Part shown: positions 61,215 to 64,000 of the stretch, one piece after another | Layout of the letters: every line of letters begins with the position of its first letter | Numbering within the stretch: position 1 is the first letter of the stretch | Source of the DNA: Antedon mediterranea | Taxonomy: Eukaryota > Animalia > Echinodermata | Direction: 5' to 3' | Assembly: GCF_964355755.1 (NCBI RefSeq) | Contig: NC_092676.1 | Span: forward strand, 1,927,788-1,991,787 | Length of the DNA stretch: 64,000 nucleotides | The notes under the pieces: generated by a model | The model's database searches: none | Told to the model about the DNA's origin: nothing | What the model saw: the letters and a program-made list of their open reading frames with translations, nothing else | Translations under genes and position numbers: made by a program

Positions 61215-64000
61215 GTAAGAAAAACTAGCTCCAGCTCGGTATTTGTGCCAAAATAGATTTTATTGGCTAACTTTGTTATTCTTGAGTTGCTGAATTCAAA
61301 AAAGTTAAGTGCCATTTTTTTCGACCACTCCTTCAGCCGCCATTTTGTATTTCAAAATGGCCGACATTCCACACTGAACTTTGTCATCCATGGTATCATC
61401 GGAAAGGGAATATAATACTGATCATAGTTACATAGTTATTTAACAATAAAACAAGTCACGTGACCAAAAAGGTCAAAAGGTCAAAATTTTAATTTTCTCA
61501 AATACTTTACTGTTTGGTATCGTAGGATAGCTTTTTTTATTCTGAATACAGTTTTACTAATATCTATTCGATTTTCCTTTATTTATTGTCATAATTTTCC
61601 AATTATTAAATTGTTTTTAAATTTACAATAAAAAAGGTCTCCTTCGATCGTATTAAAATAAATACGGTTTTTCTTATTGGTTTTTATACCGTAATTCATT
61701 CAAATGTTGGTAACATTTATCTGGTTATAATAACAATTTCAGTGTGAAAATACTTTAGTATAAGTTAAGTTTAACTATCAAGATCCTCGATATGCCAGGT
61801 TTTCGCATTGCAAGTACAGTAAAAAACAACATCAAAACAACCATTGCTTTGCAGGTTGCGACGCAAACATGATCTTGGAGGTAAAGTAATTGATTTTAGT
61901 ACCTTTTATTTGAGCAAGTTCATACAACTACTACAGCAGAAACGTAACTTTGGAAAGTAATTTAGATTTGTCTTAATTCTGCTAGTTAATGCAGTTTTAT
62001 TATATCCAGTGCAATGGCGTCTATGTTGTTTTCAAACATGGTTTTCTGCCAATAGCATGATTGCATGTTGTAAGCCTAGGCCTATATATATAAAGTAAAT
62101 CGATAAAAAGTTGTTTCTTATTTAAATTAATTGATGTACACATTCTTATATTATATATATTGGATATTTGTGTGACCATAAAGGCAGGATAGAAAACAGC
62201 TCATCTATACTGTGTAAGTAGTCGAATAATCTTCTACCGTTCCAGATGATAACATAATTTATTGAATATACAATTAAATTGGTGGCATATGCTCATACAC
62301 ATAAGAATATAAATAATAATAATAATTCAAAACGCATCGATGACTGAAAAGCCAATTCCATCCCCTACCGGTGTGTGGTCACACTTGAAATGCAGTAAAA
62401 GTAACAAAATTAAAATACAAATTTATAAAAAGGAATTCAATAACTGAAATCGTTACATACGGTATATATTTATAAAGTGTCTGTAGTTAAAAGATTTCGT
62501 TTTTCTCAAACTAATTTGAATATTATTGCTGGAAAGCGGATTTTGTTTCCCTTATTTCCGATAAGTTCTTAAAGTTAAGTTACACCACAAACAAGTATAG
62601 TTTGATTAGTTATTCTATGTGACTTTTAATAATAACAACGTATAGTTAGGATTTATATTGCGATAATCACAAACCATACGTAAAAATCAAAGGGAACTTT
62701 TAGACGTTAAAAACACCGAATTCGTTTCTTTACAATATCAATTGGTAGTTTGTAAAGGTAGTAAAGGCAGCAGTAGGACATTGACTTTTCTATATTTCGT
62801 GTAAACTTTATTTGAGGAAAACTAATTGATCTTAATTTTTTTTTTTTTAAATTCTTAAGATTTTTTCACTGTATAATAATATCAAATGAAAACATTCTGT
62901 TTGCTGCTGCACTTCATCTGAGGTTCAAAGGGAAAGGCATGCCAATTAACATTGGCATTGTGCACAGATGGCTTTATATTGTGTGGTACCCGCTTTGACA
63001 AAAATACAAATGATTTTGAACGCTACGCAAATGATACCATGACCCGTAGCATTTTTTTCTTTTTACGAAAAACAGAAATGTAAACTACTAAAAATAAGAT
63101 AGATTCAGAATTTCAATCCAACGAAACAAAACAAAGATGTGACTTGACAACAGTTTATTTCACCTTTGTTCACGGACTATAGTTATTTTGATTTTAAATT
63201 AAATAACTCGGAAACTTGACATTGAAGTTAAGTGTAATCCAGTACCGTACGGTACTTATTTAGTATTAAGATAATATATAATATAATATGAAACATATAA
63301 ATGGACAATAACAAAGTAGAATGAAAATCAAACAAACATTTCAATGAACTGTAAAACCAATAAGAAAAACCGTATTTATCTTAATACAAAGGAGACTACT
63401 TTTTTCATTGTTAAAATGAGTATAGCAAAGCATTTAATGAATAGGCAAACTGCCTTAAAATGTGACATGTTTCGAGAAACTATTCTTGTCATCAGAAGAA
63501 CAGAAAACAACGACTAAAGTATACTTATATACCAATAGGACAGGCTGTATGTAAATAAGAAAGTAATTAGCATGATAAAACAACAAGGATCATTTAAAAA
63601 CAATTTATTTACATAATTGGAAAATTATGACAATAAACAAAGTAAAATAGAATAGATATTAGTAAAACTGTATTCAGAATAAAAAAATATATCCAACGAT
63701 ACCGAACAGTACAGTATTTTGGTGAAATTGCATTTTGACCTTTTGACCTTTATTGGTCACGTGATTTGTTTTATTTCGCAATTACTACGTAACTATGCAT
63801 TTATTGATATGGGTGTAATGGAATAAAATAATCAGTATTACATTCCCTTTCCAATGATACCATGGATGACCAACTTTAGTGTTGAACGTCGGCCATTTTG
63901 AAATACAAAATGGCGGCTGAAGGAGTGGTCGAAAAAAATTGCACCTAATTTTTTTGGATTCAGCATCTCAAGAATAACAAAGTTAGCTGAAAAAATCTAT
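61215..64000. mobile_element. Foldback-type DNA element with inverted arms over 430 bp; right end runs off the window
   Basis: About 61253-61690 is the reverse complement of about 63350-64000 (e.g. GACCACTCCTTCAGCCGCCATTTTGTATTTCAAAATGGCCGAC); no ORF. Left boundary approximate. Confidence 0.8.
63460..63500 (-). ncRNA. Degenerate minimal hammerhead ribozyme motif
   Basis: Minus strand CTGATGA-C-AAGAATAGTTTCTC-GAAACATGTC, inside a roughly 175-bp insert in the right arm of the foldback element. Stem I is poor. Confidence 0.45.

Overview
AT-rich, intron-rich animal genomic DNA, probably a marine invertebrate (inference from gene content and repeat families). 1-23.7 kb: the last 8 coding exons of a PET + 6-LIM (Limpet/LIM-9/FHL-type) gene on +. 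Its long introns carry many MITEs, a 6.4-kb satellite-bearing EnSpm-like element with two more elements nested inside, and a 266-bp insertion with a 15-bp target-site duplication (TSD) and a minimal hammerhead ribozyme motif. 26.3-30.4 kb: a complete 10-exon CHORDC1 gene on -. From 32.5 kb: four 5' exons of a probable axonemal dynein heavy chain (DNAH5/8-like) on +, head-to-head with CHORDC1. From 37.6 to 60.5 kb, apparently inside the next dynein intron and antisense to it, lies a tandem cluster of seven paralogues with intronless coding sequence. Three have a tyrosine-repeat tail, two end at a shared stop before the tail, and two are pseudogenes. They encode signal peptide - variable N-domain - two Ig-like domains - TM - a cytoplasmic tail of 1-15 copies of an 84-bp/28-aa tyrosine repeat (YVN/YAN/YVS). 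This fast-evolving receptor family is the most interesting system in the window. All coordinates were counted by hand; family assignments rest on recalled motifs, not database searches.
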